From a virus, in IMG/VR virus record IMGVR_UViG_3300020190_000049, positions 4,680 to 68,679 of that record: a DNA stretch of 64,000 nucleotides. One strand, given 5' to 3'. The translations under genes and the position numbers were made by a program. The notes beneath the pieces are model-generated. The model was not told the DNA's origin and made no database searches. It saw nothing but the letters and a program-made list of their open reading frames with translations. Shown piece by piece: positions 9,727-19,997 of the stretch (positions are counted from its first letter, which is position 1; each line of letters opens with the position of its first letter).

Positions 9727-10494
9727 TTATTTTCGCAGCCTAGGTTGATGGTTTTCAAATTTGTTATTGTCAGCATCCTCCCCTTTCCAGTATCTTCTAC
9801 CAGCATTATGAGGTTTTTTTAAATCTGGATCTTGTCTCTCATAGGCGAATCTAGATCCCATACGTCGCTCATTGCTGATAACTTCATCGGAAAATAATTC
9901 ATTATCTAATCGTAATTCGAAACTTTCTACGAAATATCTAGGAATCGGTAAAATTGCTGCTATAGGTTGCCCTTTGCAAATCTTGATCTGCTTGTGCGCA
10001 GCGGTAATTTTTAAATTGAATGTAAAATCTCGTCTTAGATTATCAGCTTCTATTACGCCAGTTAAATTTTGAAGATTTTCGAGAATAAAATTTGGAGGAT
10101 TCAAAGTTATTAGATTTACTTTCTTAGCCGTTCGAAAATGGAATCTATTTTGAATCGTGACTATTCCTGAACCAAAATGGCTAGATATAAATTGATGTTG
10201 ATCTAGGTCTGGTTCTTCTATATCTATTGTCACAGCATCATTACCTTCTCGACCATCCCAGATTGCAGTCCATGTATAATAACTACGGATTATGAATCCG
10301 TATTGATTTCCTATCACTAACGGAAGGCAATAATAAAAATGAGAATTAAACCAATCTCGTTTTTTGTTTCCGATTAACGGTTCTACGATTTCATTTACCG
10401 ATTGTCTAAATTTATCTCCCTGAGATATAACCGCTATCACATTATCAGGAATAAGATTGTTTTCATCATTTATTTTAGATTTTATATCCGTCAT
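9727..10494 (-). CDS. DUF6065-like beta-rich protein
   Basis: YYCLPLVIGNQYGF, SHFGSGIVT, LTGVIEADN, FTFNLKIT, KGQPIAAILPIPR resemble the DUF6065 family (recalled, not searched). Confidence 0.55.
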   Translation of the reverse strand: MTDIKSKINDENNLIPDNVIAVISQGDKFRQSVNEIVEPLIGNKKRDWFNSHFYYCLPLVIGNQYGFIIRSYYTWTAIWDGREGNDAVTIDIEEPDLDQHQFISSHFGSGIVTIQNRFHFRTAKKVNLITLNPPNFILENLQNLTGVIEADNLRRDFTFNLKITAAHKQIKICKGQPIAAILPIPRYFVESFELRLDNELFSDEVISNERRMGSRFAYERQDPDLKKPHNAGRRYWKGEDADNNKFENHQPRLRK

Positions 10495-11041
10495 GTCTCG
10501 TCTTATCGAATGTAAAAAAACCAGCTATCGTATATCTTTCTCCCTCTTGGACTTTGGTAACACCATGCATATATTTTAAAGTTGTAGGAAAAATAACTAA
10601 GGTTCCAGGCGATAATTTTGGTTTGAAATTATCAAATTCGGTGAAATAAATTTCACCTCCTTTGTAATTATCATTTAAGTACGTGATGGCAGAATAATTT
10701 CTATAACTAAACGGATGCGTTGTTCCGCCGATGTATTCTGCATCGGCATGCGGTGGATATAAAGAATCTCCGACTCGCCATCTAACAAATTGAAAAATAT
10801 CGCAGTACAAACTATCGGCTACAGAAAAAAAATCTAAAATTTTATTTTTAACTGTGATTCGATATTCTAAAATAGATTCACGAAGGTCGTCAGGCATGGA
10901 AGAGATATTGATAGATCTATTATTCCATACGCTGTGACCGTTGTTTTCCCAGAGATTCGAGAAAATAGCGAAATCGTAATAACTTTGAACTGATCGTTGA
11001 TTTAAAAAATTTTCAACGATCAGTATTTGATCTTTTTCCAC
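10475..11041 (-). CDS. 2OG-Fe(II) oxygenase, prolyl 4-hydroxylase-like
   Basis: HxD (PPHAD), YLNDNYKGGEIYF, distal His (YMHGVTKV) and 2OG-binding Arg (GERYTI). Confidence 0.9.
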   Translation of the reverse strand: MEKDQILIVENFLNQRSVQSYYDFAIFSNLWENNGHSVWNNRSINISSMPDDLRESILEYRITVKNKILDFFSVADSLYCDIFQFVRWRVGDSLYPPHADAEYIGGTTHPFSYRNYSAITYLNDNYKGGEIYFTEFDNFKPKLSPGTLVIFPTTLKYMHGVTKVQEGERYTIAGFFTFDKTRHDGYKI

Positions 11042-11046
11042 AAATT

Positions 11047-12393
11047 TTAAGAGGCATTGAAATCTACAATTCTAGTATTTCCGGAACCGGAAAAGAACAC
11101 AGTAAGCCTAAACTGACCAGTTATGTTCCATGTTCCAGGTGAGGAGAATCCACCAGATCCGTTTAAAGTAGAACTACCCGATAATAAAACCACTCCTGTG
11201 TTTCTGTTAGTATAAGTCGCGGTAAATGATGTGAACGGAACACCACCGCTAGCACTTCCAGTGAAAGATACCGGATAAGGACCCACAAAATTAGGCGGCG
11301 ATATTGATACCGATTCATTATACACCGGGGGAGGTGGCGGCGGTGGCGGTGGCGGCGGTGGCGGTGGCGGTGGTGGCGGTGGTGGCGGCGGTGGCGGTAA
11401 TGGGGGAGGCGGAGGAGGCGTTGTATCGTAGATAAATGAACCGAAAGAGGTGCTACCACCACCTGCACCATTGGGGCCTTTTACAGTAAAGTTACCTGCT
11501 GCCGGAGCAGGTTGCATCGTTCCTCCGGGCTTAATCATGTCTGTAGACACAATGAACGTACCGTTAACAGAATCTTCTGGAGGGAACGATCCAGAACCTC
11601 CACCCGGAGGATCTACGTAACCATCAGTAAATAATACTCTAATAACTATGATATTGGCTGTTCCAGCGGCATTATTTGATACATTACATCGTGCCTGTAA
11701 TCTATAATTATTTGCCGAATAAGGGCTGCTGGCAGATAGTGTATAATAAGTCTGTAATGAACTAGTCAATCTATAAAAATTTGTTCCGTCCATAGGCGAA
11801 AATCCCGAGGACGGGATCTGTCCACCAAATGCTCGAGAGCCGGCAGATGCTAATAGACCAGCCCAACTAGTCGTCTGAGCCTTGGTCACTGAGGGAGTAA
11901 AACTGCTGGAAACACGAAGTTGTCCTCCGCTATTAAAGAAAAATCTCGCTTCATTGGCATTATTGAAAGTATATGTAACATCTACATAACATGTGCTATA
12001 CCATGTTATGTCGCCGGAATTAGTATTAGTTAACGCTTCTGTCGAAAATCTTCCTGTACCAAGATTGAATCTATTTGTGGTTATAGTATCGGCTAATGTA
12101 TCATAGGCGTTATTAGGATGTGCAGCACCATATCTGAGAACATCTCCAGTAGAAATTTGAACGATAGTAGGATTCGTTCCGTTTTGATGTACTAAACAAT
12201 TAAAAATATCAAATCGGAGATTAGACCATTGCGCGGCACCGACTACAACTCCACTAGATACTGATCCGCTCTGTATTCTTGCATCTTGACCGTAGCCAGA
12301 TGTGCCGGATCCGGAGCCTAAAACAGCAATGACTTTGTTTCTTATACTGTTATAATCGACCGCTTCAATTATTCCGCCTACGCTGTTTGCCAT
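11047..12393 (-). CDS. putative virion/tail protein with a polyproline linker and a C-terminal ~90 aa beta domain
   Basis: G/S/T/N-rich beta-type composition; last gene of the fibre series; P6-L-P24 tract. Confidence 0.7.
   Translation of the reverse strand: MANSVGGIIEAVDYNSIRNKVIAVLGSGSGTSGYGQDARIQSGSVSSGVVVGAAQWSNLRFDIFNCLVHQNGTNPTIVQISTGDVLRYGAAHPNNAYDTLADTITTNRFNLGTGRFSTEALTNTNSGDITWYSTCYVDVTYTFNNANEARFFFNSGGQLRVSSSFTPSVTKAQTTSWAGLLASAGSRAFGGQIPSSGFSPMDGTNFYRLTSSLQTYYTLSASSPYSANNYRLQARCNVSNNAAGTANIIVIRVLFTDGYVDPPGGGSGSFPPEDSVNGTFIVSTDMIKPGGTMQPAPAAGNFTVKGPNGAGGGSTSFGSFIYDTTPPPPPPLPPPPPPPPPPPPPPPPPPPPPPPPVYNESVSISPPNFVGPYPVSFTGSASGGVPFTSFTATYTNRNTGVVLLSGSSTLNGSGGFSSPGTWNITGQFRLTVFFSGSGNTRIVDFNAS
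11326..11418 (-). repeat. polyproline-coding CCN repeat (30 of 31 codons Pro)
   Basis: (GGC/GGT/GGA)n on the + strand; mixed third positions indicate selection at protein level. Confidence 0.95.
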
Positions 12394-12402
12394 TTTTGAT
12401 CC

Positions 12403-14221
12403 TTATAAAACTATTGCTTCAACAAGTTTCACATCATGTTTGTCGCTGCTTTCTAATGCAATCGCAAAAAAGACGTCATTCTGACTATGTGTACCGACTG
12501 CATATCCGTCATTCCAAGCCATTAGTTTTTGACCTTTCTGTATTGGTCCCCATACTTTCACAGGAACTCTACCTTTCAGTGCGATATAAGTTCCACCTTC
12601 TAGATCCTTGTTCATCATAAAAGCAGGATTTGCACTGACTACACCTATAGCTCTTGCTCCGGACTCGCAGGCTGTGACTTCTTTTTCTCCCCCCACCATA
12701 ATCACCGTGCCTACATCGTATTCTTGGTCTGCTAGATATTTTTCGGCTAAATCAGCATATTTTGCCGCGGTGGCTGTTCCGTCAAATAGTACCGCAAATA
12801 GATTTCCAGAACTATCTCTAGCCGCGATAGTATTAGCGGTCGCTGTTGTTTTTGCGGAGCGATAGGCCGGATCGGTGTCAGTGGCAGTATCATCTATCTT
12901 CAATCTATCAACCCTATCCGCGACACCTATGAATCGGGTCGCTGTGATATTTGCGCTGGCATCTCTCAATACCACTGACGTAGCGACTGCTCCGCTTTCT
13001 CCCGCTAGGCTGTTTAATGTAAGAGCATTCGTTGAAGTGCCTGTCACTGATCCGATAACGTTTCCTGTTAGCGTGCCGGTGACATTACCAGTAACATTGC
13101 CGGTAATGTTACCAACTACTGGTCCTGTATGCGTTCCTGCGGTGTTACCTGTGACGTTGCCCGTTAAATCTCCGGTAAATGTAAAGGCATGAACATTAGA
13201 CCATCTTTCTGTGGAGGTACCTAAAGAATAAAAATTATTAGTCCCGGGAATGAAACCAGTACTGGTGATATAAAAATTCCGTAAACTGTTACCCGCTGCC
13301 CTGACACGCAAAGTCAATGGATTACCCAATTTTGATTCAGGTGATATAAAAATTCCGTAAACTGTTACCCGCTGCCCTGACACGCAAAGTCAATGGATTA
13401 CCCAATTTTGATTCAATCACCGGTTCGTCACCATTTTCTATACGTATCACGAGATCTTTGGAATAATCAGGAAAATTACCACCGACTGTGAAACCAGGAT
13501 CTGAATAATTAACTTCACTGTCAAATCTTACTTCGCTGGTCCTGACATATTCTGTAGCCAAGAATCCACCTAATCTAGCAGCATTTGAAGCAGTGCCCCA
13601 ATAGAAATGATCTGTGCTAGTAACTCCAGTAACACTATTAGTATTAACTAAGTTTAAACCTTTTTTAATCGCCGTAAATCCAGTGATCGGATTAATCGAA
13701 CTATCTAATGTAAAGGCATCTTTGCTGACGATTACAACCGTGTCTCCGCCCGTTATAAATTTACCTATGCTGTGATTGGTTCCTAGGTTATCTTTTACGA
13801 CCTGCGCGACCAACGAAGAGGCACCCAATTCAGGGGCAGTTTCTGGACCAATAAGCACAAAAGTAGAACCATTGTAGGCATATAATTGTTCTGCGCTAGT
13901 ATCAAACCAAAAATCTCCGGTTTGAAGCCCGGAGGGTGCAGTAGGTCCTATTTCGGCACCACTAGCCGTCCTGAACCTATTACCATCATAAAATTTTAAT
14001 TTTTTGTTTCCGCTATCGTACCAGATCTGACCTGTGATTACTTTAGGTGGAGCACTGGTATTGGCAAAATTCTCTAATAAGTGTAGGAAATTTTCATTCT
14101 GTACTTCGCCGTATCCGGCATAGTTTTTACCTACAAAACGAATATCAGTGGTGGTATCGATGGTACCGTCATCTACAGATACTAAAAATGTTCCATTAAA
14201 TCTATCTACTTGATATGCCAT
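12403..14221 (-). CDS. tail fibre protein with C-terminal YADLAE domain; split into two ORFs by a 76-bp tandem duplication (580 aa when one copy is removed)
   Basis: ORFs 13337-14221 and 12403-13383 share the peptide ESKLGNPLTLRVRAAGNSLRNFYIT. The joined protein is colinear with paralogue 14265-16052. Confidence 0.8.
13264..13415. repeat. exact 76-bp tandem duplication
   Basis: 13264-13339 is identical to 13340-13415. Confidence 0.95.
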
Positions 14222-14242
14222 CGATTAACTCCGTTATAGTGT

Positions 14243-14249
14243 TATTTAT
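14243..14249 (-). promoter_or_regulatory. putative late promoter (ATAAATA)
   Basis: TATTTAT on the + strand in the gap upstream of ATG 14221, followed by a GGAG RBS. Confidence 0.6.
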
Positions 14250-14264
14250 CGTAAATGGTTTCTT

Positions 14265-16052
14265 TTAAATTCTACCCACTACGACCTCAATAACCCCGTC
14301 CGACCCGTCAAAATCTTCAAGAGCCTTACCTAAAATAGTGCCTAATTTAGGATCATGTGTAGGTCTAGCATAACCGTTTCCACCGCTGACCAGCATATCT
14401 CCTTTGCGAATCTTACCTCTAACTTTGCAGGGTACTCGTCCCTGTAAAGCAAGCGCAATTACATGATTTCCCTGTAATCCGCTATTCATTAAATATGCGG
14501 GATTACCGGAAACTATTCCCGCTACTCTGCGTGTTTCGTCCTCTGCTAGAGTAACCTCAAAATTTCCACCGAATTCTAAAACCGTTCCCGGATCGTAATC
14601 TTTATCTGCCTGATAATTTTCGGCGAGATCGGCGTATTGGGCTGCGATGGCTGTACCGTCAAAAATACCGGCATAGACTATTTTCCATTTTTTAGTAGTC
14701 AGTCCTAAATCAGTTATGTTACTATTCTCTGGGGCAAATGCGGGATTATTATTTCCCCCTAGCGACAGTGCAACATCGCTAGGCAATAACCCGACATGAG
14801 CATATCCTCCTGGTTGTGTCACATCAGTGACTTCGATATTTAGGCTTTTATTAGGTACCGAACATCGGAGTGTTGGCACTGATCCGGATTCTAGAAACAG
14901 ATTTATCTGAGAACCTATCGTGATTCCTTGATCTGTCGTGGATAGATTCGTTAAAGTGCCCAATGTCACTATATTAGCGGCTAACTGTGTACCAGTCAAT
15001 GTATCAGCGGCCGCAGTAACAGTGATATCAGCAGTTCCATCAAACTGAACTCCGTTTATCGTCCTGGGCGTTTTTAATCGAGTCGCTGTTTGAGCATTAC
15101 CGCTCAGCGTGGCTCCGACGAATTGATTAGCCTGCACAACATTGAAAGAACTGGATCCCTCTGTGGCTGTTACATTACCTGTGACATTTCCTATTAAATT
15201 AGCCGTGATAGTCCCGGCTGCAAAATCACCGGCACTGTCTCTGGCCACAACTTTTCCAATCAAATTAGATGGACTGGCATCTACCTGCCAGGTCGTGCTT
15301 GTCGCACCATTAAAATTAGCACCAGTAAGGTACGACCCTCTAGATAATGTTCCCGTCGTAGGTGCAGTAACATTTATATCATTCTGTCCATCAAATGCGA
15401 TACCATTAATAGTTCTTGGTGTGGCTAATCTTGTCGCCGAGGCTGCATTTCCGTCTAATATTCCTTTAAAATTTTTCGCAGATGATATAGTAAATCCTGC
15501 AGAAATCTGTCCGAATCCTGCGATAGGTGTGCTATCGTCTAACTGAAATGCTGTTTTGCTAATAACTCCTATCACTTCACCGTCTACTAAAACTTCTAGT
15601 ATGATTTTTTGGTTGCCAAAATTGTCCAGGACCTGGCGAGATCTAATCTTTGTTACGCCAAATCCTTCCGCGCCTTCGGGACCTATTAGGTTCCAAGAAT
15701 CATTATTATAGACAAAAAGTTGTGAAGTTGCTGTTTTAAACCACAATGTTCCCGTAGTACCTTCCGGAGCAGAATTTTGAATAATCGCAGATCCCACAGG
15801 AGACCAAGCAACTCCATTATAAACATTTAAAGTTTTGTTGAGAGCGTTGAACCATGTCTGTCCCGACAATGGCCTAGGCGGTGGATTATTATTGGCCCAG
15901 TTTTCTAACAAACCTACAAAATTTTCATTTTGTATTTCTCCGTAACCGGTGTAATTCCTACCAACTAATCCTACACTGGTAGATGTATTCACAGTTCCGT
16001 CTTCTAAAACTACTAATTGAGATCCGTTGGTTCTATTAATTACGTAAGCCAT
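14265..16052 (-). CDS. tail fibre protein with C-terminal YADLAE domain
   Basis: Shared N-terminal NYxGYGExQNENF module, ATRLATPRTINGxxFDG fibre repeats, and C-terminal YADLAENY...GRVPCKV. Confidence 0.8.
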   Translation of the reverse strand: MAYVINRTNGSQLVVLEDGTVNTSTSVGLVGRNYTGYGEIQNENFVGLLENWANNNPPPRPLSGQTWFNALNKTLNVYNGVAWSPVGSAIIQNSAPEGTTGTLWFKTATSQLFVYNNDSWNLIGPEGAEGFGVTKIRSRQVLDNFGNQKIILEVLVDGEVIGVISKTAFQLDDSTPIAGFGQISAGFTISSAKNFKGILDGNAASATRLATPRTINGIAFDGQNDINVTAPTTGTLSRGSYLTGANFNGATSTTWQVDASPSNLIGKVVARDSAGDFAAGTITANLIGNVTGNVTATEGSSSFNVVQANQFVGATLSGNAQTATRLKTPRTINGVQFDGTADITVTAAADTLTGTQLAANIVTLGTLTNLSTTDQGITIGSQINLFLESGSVPTLRCSVPNKSLNIEVTDVTQPGGYAHVGLLPSDVALSLGGNNNPAFAPENSNITDLGLTTKKWKIVYAGIFDGTAIAAQYADLAENYQADKDYDPGTVLEFGGNFEVTLAEDETRRVAGIVSGNPAYLMNSGLQGNHVIALALQGRVPCKVRGKIRKGDMLVSGGNGYARPTHDPKLGTILGKALEDFDGSDGVIEVVVGRI

Positions 16053-16070
16053 CTATCGCTCCAATTTTGA

Positions 16071-17909
16071 TTAAGACACAAATGTCCATGCTCCACTCAC
16101 TATCTGGAAAGTTTTTACTGTCCTAGAAACTAGAATTCCGGGAGCCGCAATAGACGCACTCGAAAAAGCAATGCTACTGAGACCAAAGGCTGTACCAGTA
16201 GGAGTTACGAATTCTGTAGCACCGGTCGATACCAAAGGATTGATGTTTAGACTAGTAGTACCATTCACTAACAATGAACATAAAATCCTTGCTATGGTTC
16301 CGCTGGAGTATTCCGACACCGGTGCTATCTGTTCGAGAAGAATAGCGATACCCGAATTAGAGATGCCGTCAGATATATCCATACTTAACACTAGGCTCCT
16401 GCTCCTCACCGTATTATCTACATAAACTTTAGTAGCAGCATCTTGGTTAGAGGTAGGATTCGCTAGATTAGATATTTTCTTGCTTCCTAGATTTAATGTT
16501 CCCGATCCGTCGATAACTAAATTTAAATCTGTGTTCGACGCAGTGACTTCTATAGTAGAACCATCCATAAAGATATCATCTACTGTGAATTGCGTCTGAG
16601 GTCCAAATGATGTGACGCCCGGGATACTGGTAATGCCCGGGCCTAGAGAGGTCGCAGACAACACAGTCACTCCGTCGATCTGGAACTCCTTGCCAGATTT
16701 AAGATTTATATGTTCCGAACTATTCCAGGCTCCGCTGTACAGTTGAGGTAACGAATCATTATAACCCCCTGCGATAGCCTCTGCAGAATTGGGTGTCGGC
16801 ACCTGTCCTACGTCATGCCACAAGAACACATGGCTAGTGGCTCCTTGCAATATTACACCGCCGCCGGCTGCATTTGTATCTGTAGGAACTATTCCTGTCT
16901 GTTTTGCTAAAACAATATTCTTGTCTTCTACAGTCACGGTACTGGTATTGATAGTTACCAGATCTCCGTTGACTGTGAGGTCACCTTGCACAGTCAAATC
17001 GCCGCCGATATCAACTTCGCTGGCTGAAATACCTTCGTAGATATTGACCTTTCTGGCAAGAGATCTGATTTTTATCGCTTGTTCGGCAATCACATCTCGC
17101 CGGACAGTTAATGTGATATCTTTATTAGAAGCGATGTTTGCAACAGTTAGATCACCGTCAAATACATTAAATTGCCCCTGATTAGCATCACCAATGATTA
17201 GACCTAGATTTGATGTAAGGATTAATTGTCCATTGATAATGTTATTAGCATCGTTTCTCACATAAGAACTTGCCGGTTGATTTCCTAGACTATCTGAATT
17301 TGCTGCAGTGACGTAGAATTTTATTCCCGGAAGTGTCCCAGCGTTAAATCCAGGATTGATAATTCCGCTGAATCCTTCGATCGGTAATTTAGGTGTAAAC
17401 GAATCTTTAGAAAATATTCCTAAAAGAATCCCGTTGGTATAAAGGTAAGTAATGACTCGGTTCTGATTAAGGGTATCTAATATATTTGCTACTCTCAGAC
17501 CGCTCACGCCTTGGCTCTGTGAATAATCAGGACCTAATAAGATCGTATTAGCACCATCGAAGAAAAATAACTGTTTATCTACATCATTGAACCAAAGATC
17601 TCCTACACCTAGATTTGTAGGTTGTGTGTTTGAAATAGTAGCGGAACTGACTGGTACGAATCCATTTCCACTATAAACTTTTAATTTTAATTCATTGACA
17701 TCAAACCATATCTGTCCGCGTATGGGATTTTCTGGCTGTGCCGTGTTCGCAAAATTTTCTAATAATTTTACGAAATTTTCATTCAGTGATTCGCCGAACC
17801 CACTGTAATTTTTTCCAATAAGGGTTAGATCGCTGCTTATATTATCTATTTGCCCGTCTGCTACAGTTGCTAGGATCGTTCCGTCAGTTTTATTAATCGT
17901 GTATGCCAT
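16071..17909 (-). CDS. tail fibre/baseplate-attached protein (paralogous N-terminal module)
   Basis: Same N-terminal module; LANPTSNQDAATKVYVD trimeric-fibre motif. Confidence 0.75.
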   Translation of the reverse strand: MAYTINKTDGTILATVADGQIDNISSDLTLIGKNYSGFGESLNENFVKLLENFANTAQPENPIRGQIWFDVNELKLKVYSGNGFVPVSSATISNTQPTNLGVGDLWFNDVDKQLFFFDGANTILLGPDYSQSQGVSGLRVANILDTLNQNRVITYLYTNGILLGIFSKDSFTPKLPIEGFSGIINPGFNAGTLPGIKFYVTAANSDSLGNQPASSYVRNDANNIINGQLILTSNLGLIIGDANQGQFNVFDGDLTVANIASNKDITLTVRRDVIAEQAIKIRSLARKVNIYEGISASEVDIGGDLTVQGDLTVNGDLVTINTSTVTVEDKNIVLAKQTGIVPTDTNAAGGGVILQGATSHVFLWHDVGQVPTPNSAEAIAGGYNDSLPQLYSGAWNSSEHINLKSGKEFQIDGVTVLSATSLGPGITSIPGVTSFGPQTQFTVDDIFMDGSTIEVTASNTDLNLVIDGSGTLNLGSKKISNLANPTSNQDAATKVYVDNTVRSRSLVLSMDISDGISNSGIAILLEQIAPVSEYSSGTIARILCSLLVNGTTSLNINPLVSTGATEFVTPTGTAFGLSSIAFSSASIAAPGILVSRTVKTFQIVSGAWTFVS

Positions 17910-17921
17910 ATCGCTTTACCT

Positions 17922-19994
17922 TTAGAACGCTGGCGGGCCAGAGTGAATAATATAATTTAATGTTAAGAACGGGTTCATTACTGAAAATGGTTGTCCTAAC
18001 TGCCCTGCCGTTTTAATCCCGCCGGAAGTCGGCACGTATTGAGCCTGGGCAGTAGTGGTAGGCCCTTTTTCCGAAAATGCTCCGGTGTCTAACGGAATAG
18101 CAGTATCTAATCTCGTGGCAAAATATTGCTGTCCTGTAGAACCTTTCATGTTGTGCTCGTGGTCAGGCAAATTAGAAACTATCAGCGTGTTGGTAGATTG
18201 ACCTCCACCTTGACCTATATTGTCCGGAGCGGTCCCTGAAACTCTATCTATGTTTCCGCCACCTGCATCGACGAATCCGCCAGTACTGTTAGGGACCGTA
18301 TTGGCATTGTCCATATTATCTCGTCCTAGAGGAAACCTTCCGCGTAGATCCGGTAATCTAAAAGTTCCGACACCTACCAACGGTATAGCTCCATTGTAGG
18401 TATTTCCTATAATATCAAACAACAAATTGAATTTTGTTTTTTCAACTTCGCTGCCATCGCAGAACAGATAACCGTAGGGAGCAGAGGCGCCGGCGTACGG
18501 AAGTATGCTGCCGATCGGAACTGCTAGATCACTAACGAACACATCTCTGCTTTCTTTGATTAGGCCCAAGCCCGATCTAAAAACCAGCACGAAATCATTG
18601 GATTGAGAAAGATTAGGATTGGGTTCATTTTTACTGCTTATCAATGCAGAAGTCAACGTAGTATTGAAAGTTTTAGTAAGGCCGCCAATTTGACCATCAA
18701 ACTGTAAGTTCGGTGATGTTACATCTCCTTGTAAACTAAATGTGGTTGGAAATTTCAAATTGGTAGCCGTGGTAGCATTACCTACGATATTGCCTGTTAA
18801 AACTCCTTCGATCGTTTCAGCGACTAATGTTTTTGTCCTTACAGTTTTCCATCGTTTAGAGACAGATCCAGAGTCATAGATATCTGTTGTTTGAGGTTGG
18901 ATGTTTTCAAAATTAGAAGTACCCGTGATCGTAATCCCATCACCTACTAACAGATTCTTTGATATAGCGACTCCACCTGCGGTCCTAAAAGTTCCATTAT
19001 TAAAATTGGTGCTTGGAGTAGAATCAGTCAATATTAATGAACCATTTGATTTGATATTTCCAGATACATGTAATGCTTCGTCGGGAGAATTTATGTTGAT
19101 ACCTACTGTATTTTCAATAACTCGCAAGACTGTAGTCGGAATTCCTTCTCTATTAGTCTGTAGGTCTATACTAGAACCAACAGAACTATTATAGATCCTC
19201 GATCCTATTTCCGTTGAGCTAATCGATAAATTGCTGTTCGAACCGATAGTCAATCCTGTATTGTTTCTTATGTTAAAAGAAAAATCAGTAGTATTAATCG
19301 TGTCAGTTCTCATAAATCTAGCAGCAGGAATTTCACTGCCAGAGATAACTAGAGATTCTGCAGAAGTTGCTGTTCCCCAAATTTTAGTTTCGGCAGCAAT
19401 AGCGCTGACATCATTGCTGGTAATGTTGAAACCAGAATTAATAACTGCGAATCCCGAGATATTAATTTTAGGAGTAAACGCATCTTTGCTGATTATGATT
19501 ACAGGAATATCTTCGATATAAAGTGTCAGTACTACTCGAGTGATATTATCGGAATCGATGATCTGCTCTACTATAGGACCACTTCTTAGTCCTGTCGAAA
19601 ATGTAGGTCCAACTAAAATCCATCTTGTTCCGGAATAGACATAGACCTGTTGATTAACTGTATCTACCCATAATTCTCCCACTTTTGATTCTTCTGTAGG
19701 AGGCTCGACACCGCTAGTTTGAATACTCGATGCTGCTTTCCAGAGTGTACTATCCCATATTTTTAATCTGGCTACGCTGGTATCGTACCACAATTGTCCT
19801 TCAACGGGATTGGCGGGGGCGGAGTCCTTGGCAAAATTTTCCAAGATGGCTAGAAAATTTTCAGCGATAATCTGTCCGTATCCGGTGACATTACGTCCGG
19901 GAAAAGTTAAACTAGTATCGGTGCTGGATGTATTATCGTATACCGTGATTGGTAATTTATTATCCCTGTCTGTAAAATTTACGATGTATGGCAT
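17922..19994 (-). CDS. short-tail-fibre-like protein with phage tail collar domain
   Basis: VPIGSILPYAG...GYLFCDGSEV...FRLPDLRGRFPLG collar domain and terminal NPFLTLNYII. Confidence 0.85.
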   Translation of the reverse strand: MPYIVNFTDRDNKLPITVYDNTSSTDTSLTFPGRNVTGYGQIIAENFLAILENFAKDSAPANPVEGQLWYDTSVARLKIWDSTLWKAASSIQTSGVEPPTEESKVGELWVDTVNQQVYVYSGTRWILVGPTFSTGLRSGPIVEQIIDSDNITRVVLTLYIEDIPVIIISKDAFTPKINISGFAVINSGFNITSNDVSAIAAETKIWGTATSAESLVISGSEIPAARFMRTDTINTTDFSFNIRNNTGLTIGSNSNLSISSTEIGSRIYNSSVGSSIDLQTNREGIPTTVLRVIENTVGININSPDEALHVSGNIKSNGSLILTDSTPSTNFNNGTFRTAGGVAISKNLLVGDGITITGTSNFENIQPQTTDIYDSGSVSKRWKTVRTKTLVAETIEGVLTGNIVGNATTATNLKFPTTFSLQGDVTSPNLQFDGQIGGLTKTFNTTLTSALISSKNEPNPNLSQSNDFVLVFRSGLGLIKESRDVFVSDLAVPIGSILPYAGASAPYGYLFCDGSEVEKTKFNLLFDIIGNTYNGAIPLVGVGTFRLPDLRGRFPLGRDNMDNANTVPNSTGGFVDAGGGNIDRVSGTAPDNIGQGGGQSTNTLIVSNLPDHEHNMKGSTGQQYFATRLDTAIPLDTGAFSEKGPTTTAQAQYVPTSGGIKTAGQLGQPFSVMNPFLTLNYIIHSGPPAF

Positions 19995-19997
19995 CTA

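Noticed and set aside
11163-11471. His/Arg-rich ORF
   Set aside because: Frame-shifted reading of the polyproline codons
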